The notes below the pieces were generated by a model, which saw nothing but the letters and a program-made list of their open reading frames with translations, was not told the DNA's origin and made no database searches. A stretch of DNA of 64,000 nucleotides. Origin: Camelus ferus. Its lineage: Eukaryota. The stretch spans positions 14,446,001-14,510,000 of the forward strand of contig NC_045707.1 of assembly GCF_009834535.1 (NCBI RefSeq), written 5' to 3'. The first letter of the stretch is position 1. The number at the start of each line of letters is the position of its first letter. The translations under genes and the position numbers were made by a program. Below, in pieces: positions 1-13,033 of the stretch.

Positions 1-32
1 CCTTATCCTTTCTCCCAATATCCAAAATTCAG

Positions 33-50
33 ACACACACACACACACAC
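33..50 (+). repeat. (CA)n microsatellite
   Basis: Perfect AC dinucleotide run. Confidence 0.95.
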
Positions 51-584
51 TCTTCCTCACTCATCTTTTAATCTTATTCCAGAGGGTCAAATTTACAATA
101 TATGTTAGTGTGTAGTGTCAATGATAAAAGCTAAAGAAAGATAAAATAATATTAAAGTTATGAACCTTAGGAGGATTCTGAACTGTAAGGAGAACAGACT
201 GGGAAACAGAGGAAAGAAGACCAATGTTGAAATAGCCCCCTAGCAACTCTGCCACAATTTACAAAACATGTACAGTATATTGTTGACAAAGCAGCGCCCA
301 GTTGAAGGAGACAGAATAAATTAGTTATGGAGAAGATCTGCACAAATTAGCAAATTTCTTTAGCAGTCTTTAAAGTAGAATAGCAGCCATGGAAATGTCA
401 TTGTGAGATTGAAACAACACCAGAAGATGAAGTAAAGATTATAGACATTTGAAAAGGGCATATGTGAAGTCGAAATAATTAAGAGTAAGTGCATAAAAGT
501 AGATCCCTTCCTCCATAATTGGGTGTAGTAAAGAGAAGTTTCAGGACCATTCCTATATTTATTTCTAGGAAATCTCCTTTCTAA

Positions 585-1514
585 ATGGCCTTGAGAAACC
601 ATAGCACCATCGCTGAATTCATTCTCCTCAGGCTATCAGCTGACCCCAAAGTCCAGATACTGCTCTTTGTGCTCTTCATGGGGCTTTACCTCCTGACCAG
701 GATGGGGAACCTGATGATGCTGCTGGTGATCAGGGCTGATTCTCACCTCCACACTCCCATGTACTTTTTTCTGAGTCACCTCTCTTTCCTGGATCTTTGC
801 TTCTCTTCAGTCACAGTGCCCAAGCTTCTGGAGAGCCTCCTGTCTAAAAAGAAAATCATTTCAAAAGAGGGCTGCCTGACTCAAGCTTTCTTTGTGTTTG
901 ACATTGGAGGAACAGAAATCTTCTTGCTTTCAGTGATGGCCTATGACCGCTATGCTGCCATCTGCTACCTCTTCCTCTACAACCAGGTGATGAGCGGCCA
1001 GCTCTGCATGAATCTGGTGTGGGCTTCATGGGCCCTGGGCTTCCTGGATGCAGTCATCAACATCCCCTTGGCTGTGAATTTGAACTTCTGTGAGGCCCAC
1101 ATCATCCCCCACTATAGCTGTGAGCTGCCCTCTCTCTTCCCTTTGTCCTGCTCTGATATCTCCAGCAATGTCACTGTCCTGGTGGGCTCCACAGTGCTGC
1201 ATGGCTTTGGTACATTTTTCCTGATCTTCTTCTCCTACACACGCATTGTCTCCACCATCCTGAGCATCAGCTCCACCACAGGCAGAAGCAAGGCCTTCTC
1301 CACCTGCTTCTCCCACCTCACTGTGGTCAGCTTCTTCTATGGCTCAGCTTTCCTCCGTTATCTCATGCCAACCTCAGGTTCACCCCTGGAGCTCATCTTT
1401 TCCATACAGTATGGTGTGGTCACTCCCCTACTGAATCCCCTCATCTACAGCTTGAAAAATAAAGACGTAAAGGCAGCTCTGAGAAGAACCCTGGGGAAAT
1501 GTTTGCCACAGTAA
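585..1514 (+). CDS. OR8S1: Olfactory receptor, OR8S1-like paralog A (309 aa, single coding exon)
   Basis: Uninterrupted ORF MALRNHST... with LHTPMYFFL, MAYDRY, KAFSTCFSHL and [12 protein letters not shown] motifs. Splice acceptor (tttatttctag, AG 567-568) 16 nt before the ATG. The N-terminus and position next to LALBA match OR8S1; one-to-one orthology is not determinable. Confidence 0.92.
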   Translation: MALRNHSTIAEFILLRLSADPKVQILLFVLFMGLYLLTRMGNLMMLLVIRADSHLHTPMYFFLSHLSFLDLCFSSVTVPKLLESLLSKKKIISKEGCLTQAFFVFDIGGTEIFLLSVMAYDRYAAICYLFLYNQVMSGQLCMNLVWASWALGFLDAVINIPLAVNLNFCEAHIIPHYSCELPSLFPLSCSDISSNVTVLVGSTVLHGFGTFFLIFFSYTRIVSTILSISSTTGRSKAFSTCFSHLTVVSFFYGSAFLRYLMPTSGSPLELIFSIQYGVVTPLLNPLIYSLKNKDVKAALRRTLGKCLPQ

Positions 1515-2869
1515 GGGTAGCAAGCTTTAAAGAGATGATAAATTAGGAAAGGACTACAGGGTTCAGGATATCTGGTAAGTTAATACTAAAATCTTTCTGA
1601 TGGCCCTGTGTTTTAGATGCTGAAAGATGCCACAGAAAAGCATAAGAAGGAGGCACAAAGAAACTTTGAGGGTGAGGTCAGGCTGGGAGAGGGTGGTTCA
1701 GATTAAATTCTGCTCAAAGGCATGTCAGTGGAAATATAGTCATCTCTGCCAAAAGTTGTATTTAATCATAATTTATTTCTCTATTATTTTATTGATACTG
1801 AGTAAAAATGTACGTATTGAATTATTTTTTGGAATTAAATGTATACAGAGGCACTGAAAAACATAAGAATTCACCAAAAAGTGTTGAATCTCAGGGAGAA
1901 AAGTTATCAACTTGAGGTCCATGGAGGGGTTTGTGCTTTAAGTGGGAAGCCTCGCAGATAGACAAAAGTGCTAACAGTTCGCCCAGAGCAATTATCAGTT
2001 GAGCGACTTGAGTGCTACCAAGAACCCTTCTGCTCTATACTTGAGAGCTGGAACATGAGGGAAAATGTTTCTTCTGGGCAACATGGGAAATTTTAGACCT
2101 CTCCAGAAGTTCACATCCTTTCAGCACTGTTTTTTCCATTTAGCCTAATTGGAGAATGCAAGGGGTTTCAGTCAATTTTTTTTTTTTTAGTGGTTTCCTT
2201 TTCATTATTTTAGCAAGGGTTTATGAAATATGCAGTACATGTTATATGACACACCAAATTTGTATTTTGAGAATTTTTACATGCTACTTATGATTTACCT
2301 CTAAATTCATTGTGTTTTAAAATATAACTTGTAGTCATTCAATGGTATTTTCTGTATAGCAATAATGAGAATTATTATATGTATTATTTATAGCCAGGAA
2401 AACAAAGATGATGAACTTTGTGGTGTGCCCACAGGTTATTTAAAAAATTATTTCAGTCACTGAAATCAAGGCTAAGACTTATTCTGATGATGAACCTCAA
2501 GAAGCACTTAAAGAATACATGGCTCCCTGATTTAGAGCAGGAGAAAGCTGAGCACGTGCCATTGTCTTTGGGATTAGGCAGCAAGCAGTCTTCTATGTTA
2601 ACCAAAACTTGTGGTCCTTCATGTCCTTTGCTCTGATATTTTAAGTTAAATGACTTTGAGCCAATGCTGAACCTTTCTGTGCCTGATTTTGTAATCTACA
2701 AAATTGGCTGATATTATTACCTACTTGTAGATTGCTTGTATTGATTGAATTATATCCTTATAAATTAAACACTTAAAACAGTACTTCACCCATATTAATT
2801 GTTAATAATTATTGGCTATTTTTCAAACTTCCTAAAGAGTATCCAACCTTCCCATTTACCCATTTTTGC

Positions 2870-3290
2870 CAACTATGCTTAGTTAGGCTTACTATCCATC
2901 AAATATTGACATCCGCCCTCCCTGTACTTTTAGGATTAGGATATGTTTTCCCAACTCCCACTGAACTGGACTTGGCCATACGGATTGCTTTGACCAATGA
3001 AATGTGAGAAGAGAAATGTGCCAGTTTTTAGTGGAAAATTTAAGACATTGTGCTTTTCTATTTGCTTCCTAAATGCTTATCCTCTGCCTACTCCAGGTAG
3101 CTATTGATGCTTCATCCTGGGTACCAGAATGAGAGCCATGTAGAGCAGAACTGAATCTGATCCCAAATGAGCTCAGTCAAACCAGAGTCATGCCAACATG
3201 GACACCGTATTTATCAGCAAGAATTAAATGCTTGTTGCTTTAATTCATTGAGGGTTTGGGGTTATTGGCTGCCAAAGGGAAATCTGGTAA
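2870..3290. mobile_element. Ancient MaLR (MLT1-type) LTR fragment
   Basis: Contains MLT1-like stretches (ttggccatacggattgctttgaccaatgaaatgtgag; agcaagaattaaatgcttgttg). Boundaries approximate. Confidence 0.55.
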
Positions 3291-4590
3291 ACCTAATCTC
3301 TTCACCTGACCCCAAGTCCTCAAGCTGTTCTAGCACCAAAATAGCTTAAGTGCTAAATCCTGTAGTCTTTTGCAACATCTATTATTTCAAAGCTCTCAGC
3401 TGTATTTGACTATGGTGATTAGAATTGCTCTGGGGTCCTTCCCTTAATGTTGTGGTTCTCTAAGATTCTGTTCATTGTTCATGGCTCACCTCAAATCTAC
3501 TCACTCTCAGCAGGAACTCATACCCATTCTTGTGGTTTAATTTCCAGCCTAAAGCCAAACTCTGCATCCCAGATCAGAGCCCTTCCTAGAGTTTATCCCT
3601 TTATGCATCTGAATGCTGAATATCTCACTCTTTACATTCCACTGATGCCTCTGTATCAACAAGCCTAAAATATATTATATCCCTCTTAAGTTAATTCCTT
3701 GTATTATTTGGTAACTCACCCAAGTTGGGAATCACCCTCCTCTTTTCTCCCTCCATTTCCCACACCAACTCCCACCAAATCATTCCAACTTTACCTTCTA
3801 AATAGTTCTTGAAACTATCCACTCCTCATTATTCCCACTCTAATCAAGAAAAAAAAAATCCTCTGAATGCAATCTCTTCACCCTAGTTATTTCCCTCCTG
3901 CATTATACCTCCACACGTAGCCAAGAGTGATCACTTTATACACAAATCTGAGCTTGTCACTTTGTAAGCAGCTTTTGGCAGGAAAGAGCTCTTTACAGGA
4001 AGCCCCTTTTTTCACTAACTTTAAACCAGGCACCTCCATGTTCTACTCAGCTCCAGCCCTAGCACACCTTTCAGATCTTCTGATCACATAGTACCTTGCC
4101 TAACCTGTTGGTTCTTTCCATAGATCAAAGAAGTAGAAATGAATAAGTAATGAACAGATGACCAATCTCTTCCCTAGCTTCCCCTTCAGTAATCTCGCAG
4201 CAAACTATGTCAACAAGACAGCATCTAAAGAAAGATCACAAGAAGTAGATAAGCCTGTGCACAATGCGGGATGAGCACGACTCTGATCCCTCATCTCAAT
4301 GATTAAGTGACACTAGTTCCCCTTTTCCCTTTAAAAACATTCATAGCTGAGCAGAATCTTCAGAGTCGGTTTTTTTTTTTTTTTTTGCAGACACTAAGTC
4401 CACCATCTTCCCACACTGCCGGGATTCTGATTAAAAGCAACTTTCCTTTCTACATTTGCCTCTCTCCAGTATTGCTTTTTGATCAGTGAGCAGCCAGATC
4501 TGAGTTCCATAACAACTTTCCCCTCCTAAAAAATAAAGTTCAAATCTCACCTTGCATAAAAGTAGTTACTCTGATCTGACCTGCCTATCT

Positions 4591-5262
4591 TGAGACTGCC
4601 TACGTTATAATTCATAATCCAGAAAAAAAATGAACCTCTTCCAAGTGGCGTGCAATATGATTAGTGTGATTTTGAGACAGAAGGGAAGTGGGCAGGGTAC
4701 AACCATCAAAAGAATGATACAACAAAGAGCACCAAGATAGTGGAAGATTCAACTCCCAGTAGACTTTAAGCATCATTATACTCTCACTGAAATACAACAG
4801 CATGCCAAATGGTACTCCCACAGGCGCCATGACAGTTTCAAGGCCGACCATAAAAGGTCAAAAAGTGGGTGATGGCCCAATTCCTGGGAATCCCAGCCCC
4901 TTTCCCAAAGTAGTTGGAATAATCCTCCCACTTGTCAGCATATGAAGTTTACTGAGCCCATAAAAACTGACAGCCTTGAACTTCATGGTCTCTCTCTTGC
5001 CATTTGAGATGGCCCACACTCTGTCTATGGAGTGTGTAAACCTACTTTTGCATTAACCACCCCCACGCCTTGTGGCCTCTCTGGCATTCTGAGAAGACCT
5101 GCACTCTGTCTATGGCATAGGTAGCTCTGAATAAACCTACCTTAACTTTACTACTGCTCACCCTTGAATTTTTTTCCTGAAGGAAGCCAAGGACCCTAAC
5201 TTGGCTAGTGTGTCCCAGGGACTCTGCCAAAACCTGGGAAACTACCATCTTCTTGCACCCCA
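4591..5262 (+). mobile_element. ERV1-class solo LTR
   Basis: TG...CA termini, internal AATAAA (ctctgaataaacc) followed by a U5-like segment (cttgaattttttcctgaaggaagccaagga), no internal retroviral sequence. Confidence 0.7.
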
Positions 5263-5327
5263 TTCTTCCTATATCAACTTTATTTATGTTACATTAAAAA
5301 GTTCAGGTGGGGGGCTTTTTTTTTTTT

Positions 5328-5816
5328 AAGGTAAGAGCCCAAGGGCCCTGATCAGCCTGACCAGCCCACCCATCCCCCACCTCACATCCCCCTAGCGTAG
5401 GGGAGGCAGGAAAACGCAGGCATGAACCGGATAGGGAACAAGCACAGACACCACCCTTTGCCCCAGTTCCCCCCTGAAAAAGGGTTCCACCTGGCACCCT
5501 CCTCGCCCCTTTCTCAGGGTAGTCGGCGCCTGCTAGGCCGAGGCTTGGCCTAGACTGGACGGGTGCCTTCCAGGACCCACTAGTGCCAGGCTGTCCGGGC
5601 TGTCTGGGGACTTGCACGGGAGACCCGCCAACGCTCCGGCCTGGCAGATTGGGGTCTTGTGGGCAGGCGAAGATGCCGATCCCAGTGGAGCATGCCAGGA
5701 GAGGAAGGAAGAAGGAAGATGGACAGACGTTGTGCCAGCCCCTGGCTTCTGCTTGGGACGTGGGGAAGTTGGGGAGGGACTAGGGGTGGGGCCAAGGAGT
5801 AAAGGACAACGGGAGG
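5328..5816 (-). pseudogene. Probable rDNA 3' external transcribed spacer attached to the 28S fragment
   Basis: GC-rich, CpG-depleted sequence directly continuous with the 28S 3' terminus on the minus strand, ending at an A-run (T-run 5316-5327 on +). Confidence 0.6.
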
Positions 5817-6383
5817 GATAAACCCTTCTGTGAGGGCTGACTTTCAATAGATCGCACTGAAGGAGCTGCTCTGCTAGGTAGGAAACTCTGAACCAGAAGC
5901 AGATGGTCTAGGAATGGTTTAGCACCAGATTCCCCACAACCCACCTACCTGTGTTGAGTGAGGAGTGAGCAGGCAGCTGCTTTCTGGCCACCAGGTGCTC
6001 CAGGCGGAAGGGCTCTGGTCCCCATGCTGGTGGAACACTTCCTACTCACAGCCTGAGGAGGACGCCAAGTGAGTCTTTCCTGGCGTTTCCAAATCCTTCC
6101 ACCTGGTGTTCCGTATCCTTCCGCCTGGGAGGGATTCTTAGCGGCATTAAATCATAATCCCATAGACTGTGCTTCGCTTCATTTGCTCCTCAGCCAAGCA
6201 CATTACACCAAGTGTCTGAACCTTAGGTTTCTCTCCTACTGAGCAGGGTTACCATGGCAACAGCACATCATCAGTAGAATAAAACTGACCTGTCTCACAA
6301 GGGTCTACTCCCAGCTCATGTTCCCTATTAGTGGGTGAACAATCCAATGCTTGGTGACTTCTGCTTCACAATGATAGGAAAAG
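5817..6383 (-). pseudogene. RNA28S: Decayed copy of the 3' end of 28S rRNA
   Basis: Matches the reverse complement of the 28S 3' domain (gagggctgactttcaatagatcgca; cagccaagcacat-acaccaa; cccagctcatgttccctattagtgggtgaacaatcca; ctgcttcacaatgatagga) with many CpG>TpG changes; expansion segment diverged. Confidence 0.95.
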
Positions 6384-9300
6384 ATTGTTTACATTAATTA
6401 TATTCTTAAGTGTTAAGTGGAAATGAGTTTCAGAAAGTACAAAAGTCAACTGAGCCAATGCTTAGAAACTAACTCACAGGTTACTCGATAGCCTATGATG
6501 GGACCTTGTTCAAATTAAGTAGATACATTATAGCCTGAGCCAAACATTTTCACTTTCTCTAGAGTTTAAACTGGTAGTCCTAGGATGTGTTAATGGGAAA
6601 CACTCATGCAGTGAGTCGTCATGGGGAAATGCCTAAATGAAGATGATCTGATCCAGCTCTACTGTATGTTCTGATCTTCCCATGCCCTGGCTTTGTAATA
6701 CCTTTTGCTTTTCATGAAATTCAGTGTTTGTCTTTTCCAGGGATCCTGTTCACATGTATCATTACAACAAACTTGCCATTACTTGAGTGAGGGTTATTCC
6801 CTGAAACCAAACTGACTGACTAGAACATGCTCACATAACTTGCTTTTGGGTTTGAGAATGAGGACTTTAAGGTAAACTTCACTATCTTTTCACACTTGCC
6901 TTTTGCTTTTTACACCCATCTGTCAAGCAAAAGAAAAAATAAGAAATGCTGGAATTTTTGTTTATCTTATTGCAAGGGAATGTTCTCCAGATGAACATAC
7001 CTTCAGAATTGCTGCATACAGTTGTCTATTGTATGAGCTTAACTGTCTATTTGCATATCTATTTGGATTAACTGAAGTTGAATTTAAAATCCTGTGTTGT
7101 AACGATCTGTGTAGGAAGGAAGATGTTAGCACTGTCCTGACAAGAATGAAAGAGGCCCTTGGGCCTATTCAGCAAATAGTATGGTTCAGGGATTGGTTCC
7201 TACTTCATGGCATGACCCATGATTTTATTACTGTTTTGTTATTTCTTCTAATGGACAATTAGCATATCTCTTTTTAGTTGTTTCTCTAAGGATAGCATAT
7301 ACATACTTTTTTTTTTAAGGATAGCATATACATTCTTAACTTGTCATTCTATTTAGTATTTAATATCTTATAGCTTAATAATTTACACCTGATCATTTAC
7401 ACTTTCTACTTCCTGTTTAACTTCACATCATTCAATGTACATTTCCAGTTTGCAGATACATAATTACAGCATTATATTTTGAAGACGGACATAAAAACAA
7501 AACCAGGAGTGATTAAAGTAGAACTGCTCTGGATTAGTTGGAGGATTAAGAAGTAACCTCATTCACCTAACCCTCCCTTTCTCCTACTCCCAGTAAGGCT
7601 ACGTGAAACTGCTATCACTCAGTCATCTGTTTCCTTGGCAACTATACGGAAAGATTTCTTCTATCGCTCACAAACAGCATCAAGCCCAAAGATGCCAGAA
7701 AGGTTAAAGGCTCTTACCTTGTTTGTACGGCATATTTACCAAAGCAGTATAGTCAACAAGAAACATTTTCAAAACAACACAAAACTCAAACCAAACTGAC
7801 CTCTATTACAAGGAGAAATGTTTGCTTCCTAACACTGAGATGTCTACTTGCTAACATGCAATCAAATACCAAGCAATGAGTTAAGATTGGATCTCTCTCA
7901 AAGGATGTCTCTCAAAGGATGAAATTGCAAAAATAATGCCTATTTCCACCTACAGGGGCTTACGTGGATGACAAGGAACATCTGTTATTTAGCATGAAGC
8001 CCCATCATCGGTCAGTACAAGTACACACAACAAAATGAGGAAGTGCTTGGTAAATAAATTTTGACTGACCATACATGACTTTGATTAAATTAATGGAGAC
8101 GTGTCCTCTGCGTTTCTTAGTTGTAGGTAAATTTCATTAAATTTTGATAATGTTATCATTATCTAACTAACTAGATAAGAAATGTCATTATCTAACTAAC
8201 ATAGATAAGAAATCAAAAAAGTTGACTTTAGGCATTTTAATAACACATAGCAGAAATTTTTATACTAATTCATAGTATTCTTGAATTAGTAACTCTTTAA
8301 CATACTATTTAGAAATTCATTATATGCTTGGACTATAGAAAACCTACAAAATCAAGGCCCAGTAATTTTCCTAGGGTGGGGTTATCTCTTCTCATTTAAT
8401 CAATATAAAGGACATCTTTGCTGTATATAAAAAAAATTTATCTACAATCAAAAATGACCTGGAGCTCAATGATGTGTTATAGCTCAGAGTCCGTGAGAAT
8501 TCCTAAAGGGCATTCTCAGCCCCACATGGTCATGAGGAAAATGTCCCTTTTCCAGCAGATTAATTTTTCAATCCCTTTTTTATTCTCCCCTTTTCATTCT
8601 CAACTAACCTAATAATAGCTTTTTGTAGACTTCAAATAATTGCCTCAAGTGAGAAATTTCAAATACTGTCTTAGAAAGAACGCTTGTGCCTCCTACGAGG
8701 TTTGAATTTCTAGTTAATTGGAAACTCTGAGGTTAGTCACTCCAGAGCTCAGCATCAGACTGAGACTTCAGGGGATACAGGGCAGTGGCCCAGCTTCCCT
8801 TGGGTGCCTGACCCAACCCATGGCTGCCTAAGCACAGATGGCCTTCTGATTGGTTCCGTTAAAGACTGATTTATTTAATCAATGCTCATAGAATAATATT
8901 CAGAGCCACAGAGGAAATAAATGAAAAGAAGGCACATCACTGCACTTGATATCATGTGAGAAGATTTTAAAGAAATATATGCCAGTTGTGCAGAATTTGA
9001 GCTTCTTTAGGGAGATTGTTTTTGTCTTTCCATATAGTGGTCTGCATTGCAGAATGAGACCACTCTAAGTTAAGATATAAAGAAGAATAATCCTGAATCA
9101 GTGACATTTCCAGTGCTTCTAGAGCTTGAACTTCTCGAATGCCCTGCACTCATTGACAGCAAAGAAAAAATCTGATATGTTGAGTGTCAAAGTCCTGTGA
9201 CAGGTGCTCTTCTGGGGGACTTTACCACTGATGTGTCAGCCTGTGACACGAAAGACAGAAAACTCAGGAGCTGCTTCCCTCCAGAAAAAATCAAAAAATG

Positions 9301-12300
9301 GTAATATCTTCCTTGATTTTCTGATGTCCCCATATTTTTCTCCCTGGGAAGTTTTGTGTGTGCTTTAATCTGCTGGTTGTCCTCTCCTCCACTCCTATCC
9401 ACTACCACTTTGTGATGCATTCCATTCATTCTAAAGTCAGAAGATCCCACTATACTGCATTCCCCCTGGGCTGGAATGGTAACTTCCCACTCCTTGGCAT
9501 GCCACCTCCTCTCCTTGAACGGACCCCAGATATCTCTACTCTTCCAAAGATGCATCTGTTCCAGCTGCCCTGCAAAGTAAATCAGAAAGGTCTCTCATCC
9601 CTCCCTGTATAACACTGGGGACTGGGACACCTTACAACCTAGGCATAAATCCTCTCACTGCAGAAAGCTGGCACCCAGAATGAAATAAGGGTATCAGGGA
9701 TAGATACTGGATTTCTGGAGCTAATTATTCCCCTAATTGGCCAGAATTCCTTTAGAGTGATGTCAGTAAACATATTCTGTAAGTTAAACAGATCTGGTTC
9801 CCACGGAGGCAGTATGAATAGTGCGAGGGAACACAGGAGTGGACAGCTAGGAGAATAATTACAAGTGGATGAATTTGTCTTTAGTCCCTTCATCCTTCCA
9901 GCACTGCTGTCTTTCTCTGTTGATCAAATTTCTCCCTCTTGCACCTAAAGTCTAAATATCGACCCTCAGTACTCGGGGTCCCTTTAGCCAGCGTGTAAGG
10001 GTAACATCCCACAGACACCATTAATGCATTTATTCATTTCAAAAATGTCTTTAAACCACCACTGTGATCAAGGCTTGTCTAGAACACCTCTAAAATCCCC
10101 TTTTCACAGCTTTTTCCCTTTGCTGTGATCTACTGCTCCATTGTTCACTTTCCACGATTTCTTCTGTTCTCACACTTATATAAATCTGACTCAGTGTCAT
10201 AAGACTGTATGAAGTGAAGCCAATACTTTCTATTCCATAAGTAAATGAAAACTCAGGTTTATCCCCTAATGGCTTGATCTAGAATTGAATTGCAAGACTT
10301 TATACTAGTGTTTAAAGAAATCCATCACATCTGTGTGAGGTTCTCTAAGATGAGCAGGGTGGGTGGACTCCCTGCTCTGTGATACCGTGCAGATCACATG
10401 ATACAGTTAACGTCTTCATACACACCAAATGTGGTTGTAGGATAAGAGAGAAAGAGGATTCTTCAGAAATACTATGCTGAAGAAATACAAGAGATTCCAC
10501 AACTAATCTCACTTAATGTGAAAGCCTGACCTTGTCATGGCCACTGTAGTCAGGTGTCCCAGTGAGCCAAAGTGGAAAAAAAGAAGCAATTTTCAGGGTA
10601 GCTTTAAAAATCCAAATAATTAAAATACATAAAAACATCAAAGCTCCACAAAAGAAATAAGTTCAACTTATTATTTTAATTTGCTTTTATAAACATCATG
10701 AAAAAGTTTTGCTTTCAATAGCATTTACAAATTTATCCATGCAGGATCCTCAGCAGTAAATCCTCCAGCGGCTTATGCTTCTGCATCACTACATCAAAGT
10801 CCTGGAGGCACAGAAAAGTGAACATTACCCTGTTTGTGCAGGCCCACGGGTAACTTAGATTTGGGTAAGATGAGCTCAAGCTTAAATTGATGGGCTTGTT
10901 AATGTGATCAGAATTTAAGCTTCTTTTGATTATTTAATTTGGGGTCATAGATCATTTGCAAGGATAGAATGGCCAGAAACAGGTATTCTGAAAAAAAACA
11001 GTTTTAAGATTATTTTGTAGTTGGCTTTATTCCTTTGATAACTATGTAAGTTTAAAAAGCTAAAGATCTAATCTGTTCTTAGAAACAATAATTAGTACAT
11101 ACATGTAAACTACAAAAATGTGCAGTATACTTTATATATGTATTTACATGCAATATAATGTGTACGTGCAGTCCAACTATAATAGTTCTACCTAATACAA
11201 CCAAAAAAGGAGGGGAAAAAATTTTGTAAGTTCAGAAGTCTACTTTGAGTCAGATAGCAGAGTGTCAAACAGAAGCAGAAGACTGGTAAGTTAGTTGAAA
11301 ATGTCCAAGTCATGCAGTAGTTTTCATAAATAGGACATGACCTACTTTGTAGAACTATAAATTAGGATTCAAAATTATTCTAGGTATAGTATCCCTTCTC
11401 ATATGTGCTGCTCACCATCCTGGTCCTCTTGGACACCTAAATGAGACTGAGGATAAAAGATATGATTAAGAGAAAACTATAGTGATATTTCACTCTGACC
11501 CTTATAGAACAATGAAAGAATAATGCATCCACACCAAAACTATAAGGAGCTTCTTACATGATGGCAAAAGGCCTGTGCATTCTTTAAAAGAAAAATAATG
11601 AGATCTCATCAGAGAGTCTGCAGTGACATAAGATAACGTGATCCATGTAGATAGTAGCATCCTTGAAATTCAGCAGCAGCAGCCCAGTGCATCCTGGGTA
11701 GGTAGCATGGCACCACTGATGGACAGCAACGTCAGCAACACTTCTGCCAGGCTTCAGTGCTATTGGAAACAGTGAAGTGAAAGAAGGAGATTGTGATTGG
11801 AGTTGTCAAGAGCTCTTGTCTGAGGCACAGGTGAGATGTCATGTGGGAAGTTTCAGAATCATCTGAAAGGCCTAATCTGAAGCTAACACAGAACGGGCAG
11901 AAAGGAAGTCAAAGAAATGGTGAGTTATGGTTGTTGTTGTTAGATGGGGGTCCGTGTTCTCAAGGAGTTCACAGTCTAGAGGGAAAACTGAGATACATGC
12001 TTAACATTAAATGAGAATAAAAGCAAATTTCAGACTATGACATGATGCAAGGAACCCAGTGTTTGGATAGAGAGCTGTGGATTTAGAGGAGAGAGCAGTC
12101 AACACATACTTCACAAGAGGGAAGCTGAGGCTGGAAGACCCGTGAGAATTTGGATTAGCTGAATTAAGAAAGAGGACTTTTGAAGTAGAAAACACTGTGA
12201 GCACACTCACAGAATAATATAAACCTATCTGGTATCAGAGGCAAACTAAATGATTGAAAGATTAAGGAAAAATGAAGGACTCCAACTGTAAGCATAGGAA

Positions 12301-13033
12301 AAACAGTCTATAATGCTGTGCACCAAGCAGAGAACTGATTTAGAAAATAACAGTTGAATTTATTTCCTGGCTCAAACACTGTTTCTCAACATGACACTAC
12401 AAAATCTCCATGAATATCAGTTTTCCCATGAGTAAAATGGACATGAGTACCTGCCAAAATAAATCATAAATGCCCAGGGGGAACAACTTGAAACAGTGAT
12501 CTAAAAAAGACCCTACATGCAAAAACCTTACTAAAAATTAATATACTGTTAACCTTAAAAGCTATTGGGTGACTATGAAAAAAGAAATAATAATTGAGAA
12601 ATGTGGAGCTGAGAGAAGGTTTAGAACAACTTTTGAAGATATGTGCTATAATGTTTTTCAAATCTGAATGATTATAAGAATTTCTAAACTATAAGAAGAA
12701 TCCAGCTGAAATTACATATCATCCATCTATGCGTAGATAAGCCAGATACATTCATTTTTCCAATTAAATCCCCATGGAAAAGGTGTAGGACTCTCTGAAG
12801 TGTGTGAAGACTATAACCCAAGATCAATAATAACAAAACAAGATAAAATTTCTAAATTTCTACTGACATCAGTGAGGATAACTTTGAATTATTATAATAA
12901 TTCAAGCATCCAGGACCCAGCATCCAGGATGACCAGGGAGGGATGATTAGAAGTGATGATGAACTGAAGGAGAGAGGAACAGCCACAGGTGATCTCATTG
13001 CTCTGTTGTACTCCACAGACAGACCCTCCACAA

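Noticed and set aside
1026-1316. Antisense or shifted-frame ORFs overlapping OR genes (also 12995-13561, 23233-23505, 62131-62920)
   Set aside because: Shadows of OR codon usage with no independent support.
5347-5368. Possible Pol I terminator (Sal box) near the end of the putative 3'ETS
   Set aside because: Only about 7/10 match to GGTCGACCAG; not distinguishable from chance.
5303-5847. Five overlapping ORFs in GC-rich DNA
   Set aside because: Expected from the low stop frequency in the rRNA/ETS-derived GC-rich copy.
5985-6001. TGGCCACCAGGTGCTCC CTCF-like sequence
   Set aside because: Missing the GGC end of the core and lies in decayed rRNA expansion-segment sequence.
8157-8213. Two-copy ~29-bp direct repeat (and a 14-bp duplicate near 7895-7921)
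   Set aside because: Simple adjacent slippage duplications without spacers; not CRISPR-like and no functional signal.
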